DNA of 63,799 nt, the filler included, from Folioceros fuciformis (Eukaryota): assembly GCA_049999805.1 (NCBI GenBank). It is 10 parts of 10 records of this genome, joined end to end, with 100 filler letters (N's around TTAATTAATTAA, not from the genome) between each part and the next. Parts side by side here need not be neighbours in the genome. Positions count along the whole stretch, not along the records: positions 1 to 3,969 come from JBNGIO010001342.1; positions 4,070 to 8,623 come from JBNGIO010001343.1; positions 8,724 to 15,678 come from JBNGIO010001344.1; 7 more parts are not named here. One strand, written 5' to 3'. Position numbers and translations under genes: made by a program. How positions within the stretch are numbered: the stretch's first letter is position 1; the number at the start of each line of letters is the position of its first letter. The notes beneath the pieces were generated by a model. It saw nothing but the letters and a program-made list of their open reading frames with translations, did not search any database and was not told where the DNA came from. Shown piece after piece: positions 1-11,275 of this stretch.

Positions 1-300
1 ATATTATATATCTTTAATTAATATTAAACTAATCACCAGACTTAGACTCAAACTTTCCCAACCCTATGGCTTGGTACCGAACCTAAACCTTCTCAGGTCT
101 GGGACCAAACTTATACCCACTCTTATAACCAAACCAATTATTTCCTGGTCAATTAACCTAATTAGCACAAAGAAAAATAGGAAAAATGACCAGAAAATAA
201 AGGAAACTTAGGGAAAATAAGTTGAAAAAGAAAACCAAACCATACCACTATTAACCCTTTTTCAACCAAAACAAACTACTACCCCAAACTTTGGAGGTTC
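1..300. repeat. Dispersed AT-rich repeat, copy 1 (second copy at 33721-34020); probable transposon terminal/non-coding segment
   Basis: Gap-free near-identical match to 33721-34020 (atattatatatctttaatta...ttggaggttc) with scattered substitutions. Confidence 0.9.
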
Positions 301-1624
301 AAAGGCTCCTCTAGCAATCCTTCACCTGTCAGGTACGGTGTTTGTGGCTTGCAAAATCACCTTAAGTAGGCCTATCTGAAAAATCACCTTAAGTAGGCCT
401 ATCCTCTTCGGGCTGGAGCTGGAAGTGGGGGTGACAAATTGGAGAGAAGGCTCATCCAGGTCCATTGCCTGGCTTTAAAGGAGCTCTGAAGAAGTCTCGG
501 AGGTCTAACCCCGGAACGCAACAATGGGCAAGTAGAATTCAGAAAGATTTTTTCTCGGGGAGTGCTGGTGCAAACAACATGCAGATCAAAGTTTGTGTGC
601 TCATGAGGAAGAAGGTGAATAAAGTATACTACTATTGGATGTCGAAGGTGGGAGAACTCAGGGCCTTGTCTACGCGCTCCTTCCAGATAGGGGCTGCGAC
701 TGGGGATCGGCTTCCTTCTCTCTGGAATACAGTTAAGTTGAGAGCTCGGGACATGCTGCAGGTGGGACTAGGGTTTGACGAGCAAGCTGTGAGAAGGTGT
801 CTTTAAGATGCTAGGCACAATATAGTGTGTCACAGATTGGAAGATTGCTCTTCCATCTTGTTTGTGAACACACTAATTGAGTTGGGAGAGGAATGCCGAT
901 TTTGGGACACTAATGTGTCGCAGTGGATGGGGGAACCACAAGTGTTAGCTTATATCAAGGATGCAAAATTTGGCAAAGGCAGGGTAACACTTGCATCTAG
1001 GGTGGTCTTCAAGGCTCACCTTGGTTTTTTAGGTTTGCTCACGGCCCTAATTTTGATCAAACTCCCAAGCACCTTGGAGCTTAGACGGGAAGAAGACATG
1101 GTGGTAGAGGGTGTTGTGCCTATGGAGGAGGACCTTGGTAACGTTGAGTACACTTGGAGGGCAAGGTCGGCACCAGCAAATGTGTTTAGGGATCCCCCTA
1201 AAGAGAGCCAGGCTGCAAACAAGGGGACAGACAAATGGCTGCGTGGGCAACAACTTGCCTGTCCCGCAAGTACACTGGTTGGCAGGGACTTGGAAGCATT
1301 GTTTGAGGCTACCCCGACGAACAGAACCTCAGAGGAGGTACAGGGTTCTCGAGTTGAGCTCCCACTCAGCAGGGGTTTTTCATGAGGAAAAGGATATTGA
1401 TTAAATTGATGGAAGGAATCTTCCACTTACAATACAAAGGGAGACCCCCCTACTTGCGTATGTACAGGGTATGAGCACCATGAGAGAGGGGAAAGCCGAA
1501 TTCGTGTCCAATACACAAGCATGACACTCAGAGAGCGTACCCCTGTACCATGGCAGCTGCAAGCTGCTAAGACCACTCAGACTAATCCTCCAATTTACCC
1601 ACAAACCATACAGGTTCACCTACC

Positions 1625-3640
1625 TCAAGGGCACGAGTGATTCCAAAGCTCATCATTCCTAGGATCGAGAAATCCCGCCAGCGTCCACTCTTTCTGCTTG
1701 AACTCTTTTCGACGAGATTGCCTCAATGCTTCTACTGCAATCAGTAAGTGCTCCCATATACACCATACTGGAGTCTTATCAGAGGTTGACTCTTGTCCTC
1801 CATGGACCACAAAAGACCAGTTAACCCAAAGACAAAAAAGGCAAGAAGACCACAATAAGCCCCACCATTGGGTCTGAAGTAGAGGCTTCCGCGAGACTAC
1901 ATCCAACCCAAATAGGGCTGATTGTTTCTTGATCCTAAGATTAGCACTAGGAAAAACCCTTTGCAGCCATTTGCCCACCTCCCGCCAGATATCCTGAGCG
2001 AAGCTGCAAAGAAAGAAGATGTGCTGACTTTTGTTCAGGGCACCCGAGGTGCACAGTTGACACAACTCCTCTCCCATTGCAACTAACAGCCTATCCCATT
2101 GATCCGCATTAGGTAAACATGCTTGAAAAAAACACCAAACCGTAGTCCTCACCTTAAGAGGGATACCTACAGACTTCCATAGAAGCTTGATAGCTTCCTT
2201 TTGTTGCCGCACCGATAGCTACAACCTTGGAGCCATTGGCTGTCGTTGCTTGATTTTCTGCGCTTGCACCATCCAGAGGAATATGTTTGCCATTGGGAAA
2301 TTGAAGAAAGATCAAACGCTGGCCTCCTTGCACCCTAGACATCTAGGCCATTTGTAGAGGTTTGGTCTTGAGGTCAGTTCCTAATTTTCCGCCAATCGAA
2401 ACCAGCACCGATCCCTAGACTTGTTTGAGGGTAGAGGCCCACTAGAGCATTCATCTTGAGTGCACCATCACCCTGCTCGAACGGATTTAGAGAGAACTAT
2501 GATGGCCCGCAACTCCCCTCCTCGGACTTCACCATCATCCCGACCTTGATCTTCCAAAAGTCCTTAAGGCGACATGACCTTGAATGTCCGTAACCTGAAA
2601 GCCAAACAGCCCTGTCTAATTCTAGGGAATCTTCATGTTTGTCCTCCTCAGAGTCAACTCCCTTACTGTCCACCCCTCAACGCCCGTGCTAAGATGATGC
2701 CTTAAAACTTGTTGCACCTAATCCTCTAGCCCCTCTCACAACCATGAAAATATGAATATGACGTGTCGAGTTACCAATCCAAACTCCCTCTTGACCTCCT
2801 CCACCTCCTTCCACCGGGACTCTGATCTATTCCATAAGTGACCAAGAACCACAAGTATTAGGAGACATTGCAGATCCACCTCCGAACCCTCTAGGCGACT
2901 TGGATGCTACTCTTGACCAACAACGGGAGCTTGCACCACTGCCAGATGTTGAGGATGATCTGGATGTACTCTATGATGATCATGACCAAGCAGGAAAACT
3001 CCTTTTCGACATGCCAACCCGAAAATTTGTGACCGATATACCCTTGCCCTGAACTCCTGAGCCCACAACCTCGCAAATCCTTGCAAAGGAATACCAAGCA
3101 CATCATCAACATGCGAAATGTTACTAGGAATGATGCACTGTTTTACCTCTAAGTAACTGCACCAGATGGATGGACTTGAAGAGTGGGGAGCAATTTGCGG
3201 TATCAAGTAATGGTTTGTCGGCAAGGATGTTGTTGATCAACCTCCTTTCCCTAGGTACCGCTTGAGTGCAGTCCAAATGCTACGTTAGAAGACTCTTCCA
3301 CGGGTAGTACGTCGGATCCGCCGCCCTAACAACCCATTGAGCATGCAAAACTTTCCTCTTAGCAACCGAGTCCACCACCCCGAGTCCTCCCAGACTGCGA
3401 TCGTGAATAATGTGTTGCCAAGCCACTTTAGCGCACCCGGCCATGCTATCCCCCGAACGTTTCCACATGAAGGAGGTCAACACTTGTTGCAACCGTCTCA
3501 CCTCCGTCTTGGAGGGGGACCACAAGAACAAATAATACCATAGAGAGGCTGTAAGGATATGATTAATCACCACCAACCTTCCTGCTAGGTTAAGCTCCAA
3601 CAGTTGTAGGCTCGCCCGCCTTTTGGAGGGGAGCATGTGA
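1625..3640 (-). mobile_element. Degenerate non-LTR (LINE, L1/Tx1-like) retrotransposon ORF2 fragments
   Basis: 3280-3636 encodes RT C-terminal motifs (LNLAGRLVVINHILTASLWYY, AKVAWQHI..SLGGLGV). 1625-2212 encodes a zf-RVT-like segment (PLKVRTTVW..CQLC..QHIFFLCSFAQDIW). The frame is broken between them. Confidence 0.8.
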
Positions 3641-3969
3641 GCTCTCGATCTTTGGGGACCGGGTCTCGTTCCCTCCCATTCGGGGGTATAGGAGGGGGGG
3701 ATCTGACCGCGTCAATCCCGGAGGAATTGCCAAGCTCGCCTGAAAGCAATGCAGATAGCAACCCAGTCGGAAAGGATTCACCGGCTCTCTTCCTGAGGCG
3801 GTCTGTGAAATGGCCCAAGACCCAGCTGCGGTTGGACTGACAGGAAGGTGCTTGGGTGCGTGAGGTTGTTCAAGGTCGGGTTCAAGGTCGGGTTCAAGGT
3901 CGGCCTGATTCTGAAAAAACAGGGGAGGAGGCAGACGTTGACCGGTCGGAAGGTGGAGGTGAACCTGAC

Positions 3970-4069
3970 NNNNNNNNNNNNNNNNNNNNNNNNNNNNNNN
4001 NNNNNNNNNNNNNTTAATTAATTAANNNNNNNNNNNNNNNNNNNNNNNNNNNNNNNNNNNNNNNNNNNN
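3970..4069. other. Artificial contig-join linker
   Basis: N44-TTAATTAATTAA-N44 (stops in all six frames). Confidence 0.98.
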
Positions 4070-4152
4070 GTGACAGGATAGAGCGCAGCCGCTGTTCTTC
4101 AGACACTCGTGTCCGCACAAGAGGGATAACGGACTCCGCAGACGCTCCCAAA

Positions 4153-4410
4153 ATGAAGGCCGCCTCAAACAGGGACTATCAGAGGGACATGGGAGGCTTC
4201 CTGGGAATGGTGGGGTATTACAGAAGGTTTGTAAAAAATTTTGCAACAAGAGCAGCGCCGCTGACGAGCTTGTTGCGTAAGGACGAGGAATGGGAATGGG
4301 TTTACGGACTTCTCATCACGGCCCCAATCCTCAAGGGACCTGACTGGACGCAAAAATTTCATGGGTATGTGGACGTTTCCGCCTTCGCGATCGGAACGTT
4401 CAAGAGAACC
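4153..4410 (+). mobile_element. Ty3/gypsy RT-RNase H linker fragment
   Basis: FLGMVGYYRRFVKNFATRAAPLTSLLRKDEEWEW..APILKGPDWTQKF..VDVSAFAIG. Confidence 0.8.
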
Positions 4411-6464
4411 TTCAAGTATCTGGACTTGGTGCAGAGCGATGGAAGAGCGAGCTCACATGTTCACCTTGCCCCTGATAAGAGCGCTCGTCGAGGACTTCTC
4501 AGGGTTGGACAAAGTTTTAGTTCTGGGACCTGTGTAGTTTTCTGACGACTAAGTACACTGCTACACAAGTTCTAAGCCAATAATTATACTGCTACTGACG
4601 CACTAGTTGTGGCAGCGTTTAGCTTTCTAAGCCACTAAGTACATTCCTGAAATTCATCCTCTTCAGATTGAGTATATTATTCTCTCTATATATTTTCCTC
4701 AAGAACATTTCCCTCTCTTGCAGAACATAAAACTAGGCAGTTATTGTAAATCAAAACACAGAACCCAAGGCTTCCATCCATCGTCAGACTCAGAGGTCAA
4801 AGCCTCCATTTTGGCCTCTATTGCGGAGGCACAGCTGTGAATATGTGAACATCAACCCATATACTCACGACTGGGAACATGTCAAAGTCTTCAACTCGAG
4901 TGCTAGGTGGCCAGCCATTTCCTATTCCAAACTATGAAGCCTTTGACCAAATTTCACGACCTCGGCCACAATTCACGACTCAGGATATGTGACAGTAGGC
5001 ACTTGCAGTACAAGAGTACCTGCTTAGGAACGGGAAGAAAGCAGAACATGCTTACACCAATTAGAATAATCTCCATCAGCTGCGCTGACATGTTCCGTAA
5101 GAAAAAGATTAGTGTACAGTGGTTTACATTGTCTGGGCTTCAACCAAGCCAGCAGTGGCACAACGAAGACTAACTTCTAAGGACCCTTCTTCAAGGGCAT
5201 CCAAAAACTTAAAGGTGCATGAATACTTGCCTGTCACCGCCCGGCCAGGGGTACTTATGCATCAAGATAAGAGCTTACAAGAAACACCCTTAGAATTGCT
5301 GACCGATGGGTTCTCCTGTAGGAATTCTGCCACCACTTGTCGCATGACAATGGAAGGGTGATAGTCCCATGGTACTACAGGGACACAAAGAATGGACTAA
5401 CCTAGATTTTGGGAGAACATCGCCAGTGTCTTGACCCACATTACTTTCCGCGAACATCATATCTTGAATCATCACAAGAATCGAATGGAAACAAGTTAAC
5501 CGTTACTTGAAAGCAACGTCGCAACATCAATAAACAGAAATTTCACTCCACAGATTTGCGACTTGATGCTGCCGCAGTGGTTCTCTTGTCCACCTCTTGA
5601 CATCTTGCGCATTTCAGTTCTCGTACCAGCCGAATAGGTGCCTACTGCTGCACAAGGACAGTGTGAGAGACGAGGTGCTAAAGTACCAGGCAAGCAATGT
5701 CCCAATTCAGGGAAGCATACAGCATCGACGTTGCACAGTTCTTAACGCTGCTATACGCTAGTGACATCAACCAGCAGACATTCGTAAGCATACATCAAGT
5801 TCGGCTCTGATCAGCTTTAAGAATCTTCCTTCGAATCAAGCGCAGTCACTTTGCAGTCCACCTTTCGATTAGGGTCAAAAGCAGGCTACACGGATATAAT
5901 GGTGGCAAGGGTAACTTCTTACTGTCCTGCAAATACGTATCAAGTACTAGTCTGCATACCTTCAAAAGCACTCTCAAAACATACCCAAAGGACCAAGACT
6001 TCAGGAATTCGAATCCTAAGGGATTAGGAGTTTGAGAAATAATGGATGAAATTTTTTTCTACCTGCATCTCACAGCTTGCGAGCTGAAAGAAGTCCACAC
6101 AAATTTGTCTGCAAGCAAAACAAAGGCTTTTAACAGATACGCTATAACATGAGCACGAGCTTTGCACACAGACGTCAGCTGACATCAAGCGGCCCCAAAG
6201 AAATTGTGGAAAAAAGGATGTCAAAAATGATTTGGACCACCTGCCAGAAGCTTCAGGCCATACACCTTAAGCTTGAAAGCAGAAAAAGAATTGAGCCTAT
6301 GCCCTCGAGTTCCCCCAAATGCAGAACATATAAAATTGAATACGACTCACAGAAAAGCCTACAGACGGATTCTGCCCAAACATCAGTCAGGATGAGTAAT
6401 CAGGTTCAACATGCACGCAACGAGGCCTTCTACTACTTCAGACGAAAGGACCAAACCGTACCTG

Positions 6465-8144
6465 TCAACTGTCCATGAGTCGCAAACTCAATTTTTCAAG
6501 TAGAAGAGCCCAGTCTTCACCCAGCAAAGCCGGTGCGTCCATCTCTAAAACACCCATCAAGTCTGCAGGCGTGATTAGAGGCCGAGTCTTCTCGTTCTCA
6601 CATGGTGCTCCTTCCCCCACACCTCCAACTCCCTCAGCGTGGCCAGATGGATGTGACGGCCATGCACCGTTCAGAGCGCGTTTCTGAGGGAACACACTGC
6701 AAACACCATTCGCCCCTGTAGCCCTAAAGGATTCTCCACCAGGAAGGGGTGTAGATGCCTCTGTTTGACCCCTGTAACGTCGGCACTGTACCACCCTCAC
6801 AACAGGTTCAAGAATTCGCTTGAGATAAGCATCAATCCCGAGATTAAGTACATTGGCAGCCTCAAAGGAGACTCCTTCAAGCCCCCTCTCTGCAACGGCG
6901 GTCTGCTGCATTCTTTTCAGCAAAGATGCAGTGTCTGGCAACATTTCACTTGCTTCGAGACACTCCTCCTCTATGTCATAACCTAGCAATGAGAAAGTAA
7001 GTGGCCCGGTGACAGCAGAGGCCGTTGCATTATGAGGAGCACCAACGCTTGCTCTGCAAAAGGGTATTCCCAGAGGAGCTTGAAGAGGCCTGGTGCTCCA
7101 AACCAAGGCTTCTTCCTCCTCCGTACCATCAAGCTCATCAGCAGTTAGAACATCATGAGCATCCACCAAGCCATTGAGCAGATTCGAGTCATGCTTTGGT
7201 CGCTTGGCAGAGGGATACTGTGACTGATCAACAGCGTTCTCCACATGCTGCAATGATCTGGAAAGATCAGGCATGACTCTAAACCCCACTCCCGCCGACT
7301 GATCCACCCTGTCCTGTCCAGGACCTGCTTGAGCTTCACTCAACTTGGGCAGGCCCAGGGGACTTGGCCTGTCCTTGGCCTTGCGGTCTCGGATGCCGGA
7401 CCTACCCTTCCGAGGGGACGTGATAGCATCCCCATTGGACCACACAGGCGTGGAAATAACCCCCGTGGGAGAAGACTGCCCTGGGGACGAGGCGAGCTCG
7501 TCACTCGCAACCGGAGACGACACTGGTCTCCTCCGCACACCCTTGACAGGCTTCGAGGTATCATGCGAGTTGAGAGACGTAGCGTTGTACCCACATGGGC
7601 TGTTGCTGTTAGACTGAAGCGGAGGAAGAGGAGGAGAGGGAGCCTCACCCGACAAGGCGTTAAACAGGATAGCCCGCAGAAAATCATTATGCAGTGAGAT
7701 GTTCTCCAGTCCGATGGCAGCCGGCAGCTGCTTTTCCAGCTCCTGCTTGCTCAGCTTGAAGGCCAGAAAGCTGGAGAGCAGAACCCAGTAACGACCCTCC
7801 CTTGCAGGCCCCAGGATCTTGCACAACTTGGCCTTCATCTCCGGCAAGTTCACGCGAGCGCTTCCAGGCATCATGCGCCCAAGCTGCTGCACCGGCACCA
7901 TGACCACACCATCAGCCTGCCCTGCGGAAGGCGCCCATACAGCCCCGCTTATCGGGGGCGCCACTCGCTTAGCCCGGCTGAGCATCACCCTGCCACCACC
8001 ACCTGCCCCTGCTGCATTACCATGGTGATTGCTACTCTGTCGCAACCCTGCGCCCTGCTCCCCACCAGTACTGACCTGTTGCGGACGCCGCTGATTAATA
8101 TCCTCCTGCCGGATGATCACCCGCTCCGCAGCTGCACACATCAT
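6465..8144 (-). CDS. ADA1: SAGA complex subunit ADA1/Tad1 (transcriptional adapter 1 family), single coding exon
   Basis: 559-aa ORF with N-terminal RVNLPEMKAKLCKILG..YW..LSKQELEK..NISLHNDFLRAIL, the APLGIPFC motif and a C-terminal GLEGVS.EAANVLN.GIDAYLKRIL histone-fold-like region. Start codon uncertain. Confidence 0.85.
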   Translation of the reverse strand: MMCAAAERVIIRQEDINQRRPQQVSTGGEQGAGLRQSSNHHGNAAGAGGGGRVMLSRAKRVAPPISGAVWAPSAGQADGVVMVPVQQLGRMMPGSARVNLPEMKAKLCKILGPAREGRYWVLLSSFLAFKLSKQELEKQLPAAIGLENISLHNDFLRAILFNALSGEAPSPPLPPLQSNSNSPCGYNATSLNSHDTSKPVKGVRRRPVSSPVASDELASSPGQSSPTGVISTPVWSNGDAITSPRKGRSGIRDRKAKDRPSPLGLPKLSEAQAGPGQDRVDQSAGVGFRVMPDLSRSLQHVENAVDQSQYPSAKRPKHDSNLLNGLVDAHDVLTADELDGTEEEEALVWSTRPLQAPLGIPFCRASVGAPHNATASAVTGPLTFSLLGYDIEEECLEASEMLPDTASLLKRMQQTAVAERGLEGVSFEAANVLNLGIDAYLKRILEPVVRVVQCRRYRGQTEASTPLPGGESFRATGANGVCSVFPQKRALNGAWPSHPSGHAEGVGGVGEGAPCENEKTRPLITPADLMGVLEMDAPALLGEDWALLLEKLSLRLMDS

Positions 8145-8623
8145 TCATTCATTCACCTACTCCCTCCCCCGCCCTTCCTCCATCACATCTCCACCAGCCC
8201 TCCCTTAACCTGCACCTGCTCCAGCTCCAGCTCCCACAATGTCTAGTGAACTCCATACCCTGACCTTGCCATCCCTCCTCCTTCCCCTCCTCCTCCTAAG
8301 GACCACCACCATACCTATATCCCGCGCTGCCAATTCCTGCGAAGCCAATTCACATCAAGCTCGCATGCCCTAATGCCCTTCCCCCTTGCATTCCAATCTC
8401 GTGAACCAGCCACGCCACTCGGATCCCCCGACTCACAAATTCAAGCAGACTTCAGCTCCCATATCGTCACATCATGAACCTCGCCTTGCGTTGCGTGCCC
8501 TTCCTGCCAGCAGCGCTCATCCGCACAACCACCAATTCACACGCAATTCAAGACTCCTCAGAGAACTAGGACGTCTCTCCTCTCACAGACGCTGCTACCT
8601 GGGAGCAATGTAGGAGGGGAGGG

Positions 8624-8723
8624 NNNNNNNNNNNNNNNNNNNNNNNNNNNNNNNNNNNNNNNNNNNNTTAATTAATTAANNNNNNNNNNNNNNNNNNNNN
8701 NNNNNNNNNNNNNNNNNNNNNNN
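8624..8723. other. Artificial contig-join linker
   Basis: N44-TTAATTAATTAA-N44. Confidence 0.98.
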
Positions 8724-9599
8724 CTCCTCACCTCCTCACCACTCCTCGACTCCGCTCCTCTCCTCTTTTCTCCACCCGGCCAGACTCCATTTCAAGGCTC
8801 CTCCATGCCGCCTTCCTTCCACAACCTCACAAACGCTGTGCCGGCGGCGGCGCGATCGCCAGAGGGGTACCCGAGCCCGCAGCTCTTCCTCCGGCGGCCA
8901 GCTGAGAGAGAGACAGAAACACAAGACGACGAGGGAGAACGGCCGGCCGGCAGAACCAGATCCCGGCTCCTAGCACCTGCAAAGCGAGACTCCGGAAGCA
9001 GCAGCACCATCAATGCGGCGTCCAGGCAGGAGCCAAAGCGCAGCTCCGGGATCCGCCATTGACGGAATTGCGCTCCGCCTCAATTCCGAGCTCCACAAAC
9101 GAAGAAGGCGCGGCGGCAAGGGCCGAAGCAGGCGCAGGGAAGTAGGCGTTCAGGCGAAGAAGCCAGGGCGCAGAGAAAGGCGCGGCAGAGGCGAAGGCAG
9201 AGCCGAAACCAGGCAAGGCCTGCAGAAAGAAAGGAGTGGCTCGGAAGGAAGAAAGGAATGCGAAGAAGAGGAGAAGGAAAACCGTGAGCGTGTGAGGAGG
9301 TATAAGAAGGGGATACCGGGGACGTCTGAGACGTCTCAAACGTCCAAGACCTCCAGTCGACGCGAGTCGTGTTGGGATTGATTGACGGCCCCCTGGCGGG
9401 GCCCGCTCAGTGTAGAGAGTTAAAAAAAAAACGAAAGCAGAGCCGACCCTGGTGCCAAGCTAGCGACTCGATCTTGAAGCAGGATTTTTCCCGCTCTCCC
9501 CATTGGCCTCTGTAGCGTTTCATACGCCACGATTCTAAACGTCACAGCAGATATTCCACATCCGTGACACAGCAGCGGCCCCTCCGGGCCATGGAACCA

Positions 9600-9680
9600 G
9601 GTGTTGGGCCCAGCCCGGCCCGGGCCGGCCTTTCTGTGGGCTTGGCCACCCGTTTCCCGTTCCGTTGAGCACGTGACGTC
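9600..9680. promoter_or_regulatory. Putative promoter elements (site II-like TGGGCY motifs; G-box CACGTG overlapping TGACGT), possibly upstream of a minus-strand 5'UTR
   Basis: TGGGCC at ~9605, TGGGCT at ~9637, CACGTGACGT at 9670-9679; CT-rich minus-strand leader-like sequence at 8724-9340. Confidence 0.3.
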
Positions 9681-9997
9681 CCACGCTCCTCCCACTCGGC
9701 TGCGAGTCGCGACGGAAATATGGCCGCCACAGGACCCGTACTTCCACTTCCAACTTATAGCTATAGCTAGCCCCTTCAACAAATTCTAGATTGTTTACCT
9801 ACAACTCCAGACACTGACACTGTACTGTTACTGTTATCGTTATTATTGTTATTTTTAGAGCATCTCAGACACAGATTTTGGCCCTCCGTTTAGGCGGCGA
9901 TACCGGTTTCGCCGGCTGGATAGAGTCAGTCGGCGGTAGTAGTAAGTAGTATGTACATGTACATACAGCAGTCTATGTACTGTCCGTATGTAAAGAC

Positions 9998-10138
9998 GGG
10001 GGACTGGGGGACCTGGGACCTGGGACCTGGGGACCTGGGGGTAACTCTCTGACTTGCCGGCAGGCTGTGGCTGTTTTTAACGGCGGTCTTTGGACCCTTG
10101 GCCAGTGCGGGGAGTCGAGTCGAGTCGAGTCGAGTCGA
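9998..10138. repeat. Simple repeats (GGGACCT)n-like and (GAGTC)5
   Basis: Direct reading at ~9998-10042 and ~10112-10138. Confidence 0.8.
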
Positions 10139-11275
10139 CTTGCACTCGACACGACTCCCTTCGCATTTTCCTTGTTCCTGCTTTCCCCCCGTCATCTTCT
10201 CTTGGCTTTGTTGCTTTTGTTTGCTTGCAGGTTGGATGCAGCGTGGAGAGACAAAGGGTGTGCGGACACGGCCTTATCTCGAAGCTGGACCTGCTGCCGC
10301 CAGTTGGCAAACGGCTTGTCTTGCCTTGCACTTTGCTGGGGTTTCAGTTGCCTGGTTAGACGGGGAAAAGCAAAAAATAACCCAAAAGGAAATGACCCGC
10401 CGCGCCTGCCGCCGGGCCGGCGCGGGTCTCACGCACCTTGCAACAGTGAGAGTAGGTGAGTAGAGTGTGGTACGGCGACGCGGGGTCGTCACTGCTCTGT
10501 GGATCATCCTGTTGCCTGCCGACACTCGGCGGCAGGTGCATGTGAGCTCATCTGCATCTGCCGTTGCTTGCTGCGGTACGTGTACGTGGACGAGGCGGAG
10601 GAGTTGTCGGGAAACACGAAACCTCTTGGTGCGAGGCCGGACGGGTGTGCTGCATCTTGGAACCGGATCCCGAAGGCCGCTTGCTTGGATTCCCTTGCTC
10701 TGCTATCCACGGCAACAACAGCATTGGTTACTGACATTTGGTTGGTTATCTATCCGAAATGTAGCAGCTGTTGGAGCGATAGCCATAACCACCTCTGCAG
10801 CAAGACATCTGAATATGTAATCTGAAAGGGGGTCTCGTCTCGCGCCTCAAGGTGGCGCCATGCACAATTTGGTACGAACGTTTCTGCAAATACATACCTG
10901 CACCAAGAGTTGGCAGCTCTTCCTTACATCCGATCATCGGGGCTGAAGAGGATGTTGCGAGGATCCGTTGTTCACATATCGAAACCCTCCCTGACAGCAA
11001 GAAGAAGGAAAAGGGAACCGACAGCAACAAAGGAAGAAGACAGACTCCGTGAGGACGTTGCAGCCCTTGTGGAAGAGAGGAGAGGTTCGCACCCATGGTA
11101 CGACGGAGGAGAAACCTGCCTTTTGGCCTGGCCCGAGGAGCGAGGCTGGTGATCCATCCGCCTAGCAAGAGACAGGCATTTGTTCACTAGCTAGCTTGTG
11201 TCTCACTCTGGTGCGGCAAGCATTGCACTCTTGTTCCCTCCTGTCTAGTCTCACTTTCTTGAACCAGGGACAGCA

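Noticed and set aside
465-1426. ORFs of 113-186 aa on both strands
   Set aside because: No recognisable motif, and embedded in decayed TE sequence
4014-4025. TTAATTAATTAA palindrome recurring nine times
   Set aside because: It is always centred in a 100-nt N block, so it is an assembly linker rather than biology
4800-6460. Splice-like signals downstream of ADA1 (possible small gene or snoRNA host)
   Set aside because: I could not assemble a coherent ORF or a convincing C/D box pair; probably 3'UTR or intergenic
8736-11200. Dense short ORFs (Arg/Gly/Ser-rich)
   Set aside because: Low-complexity UTR/promoter sequence with simple repeats and no domain similarity
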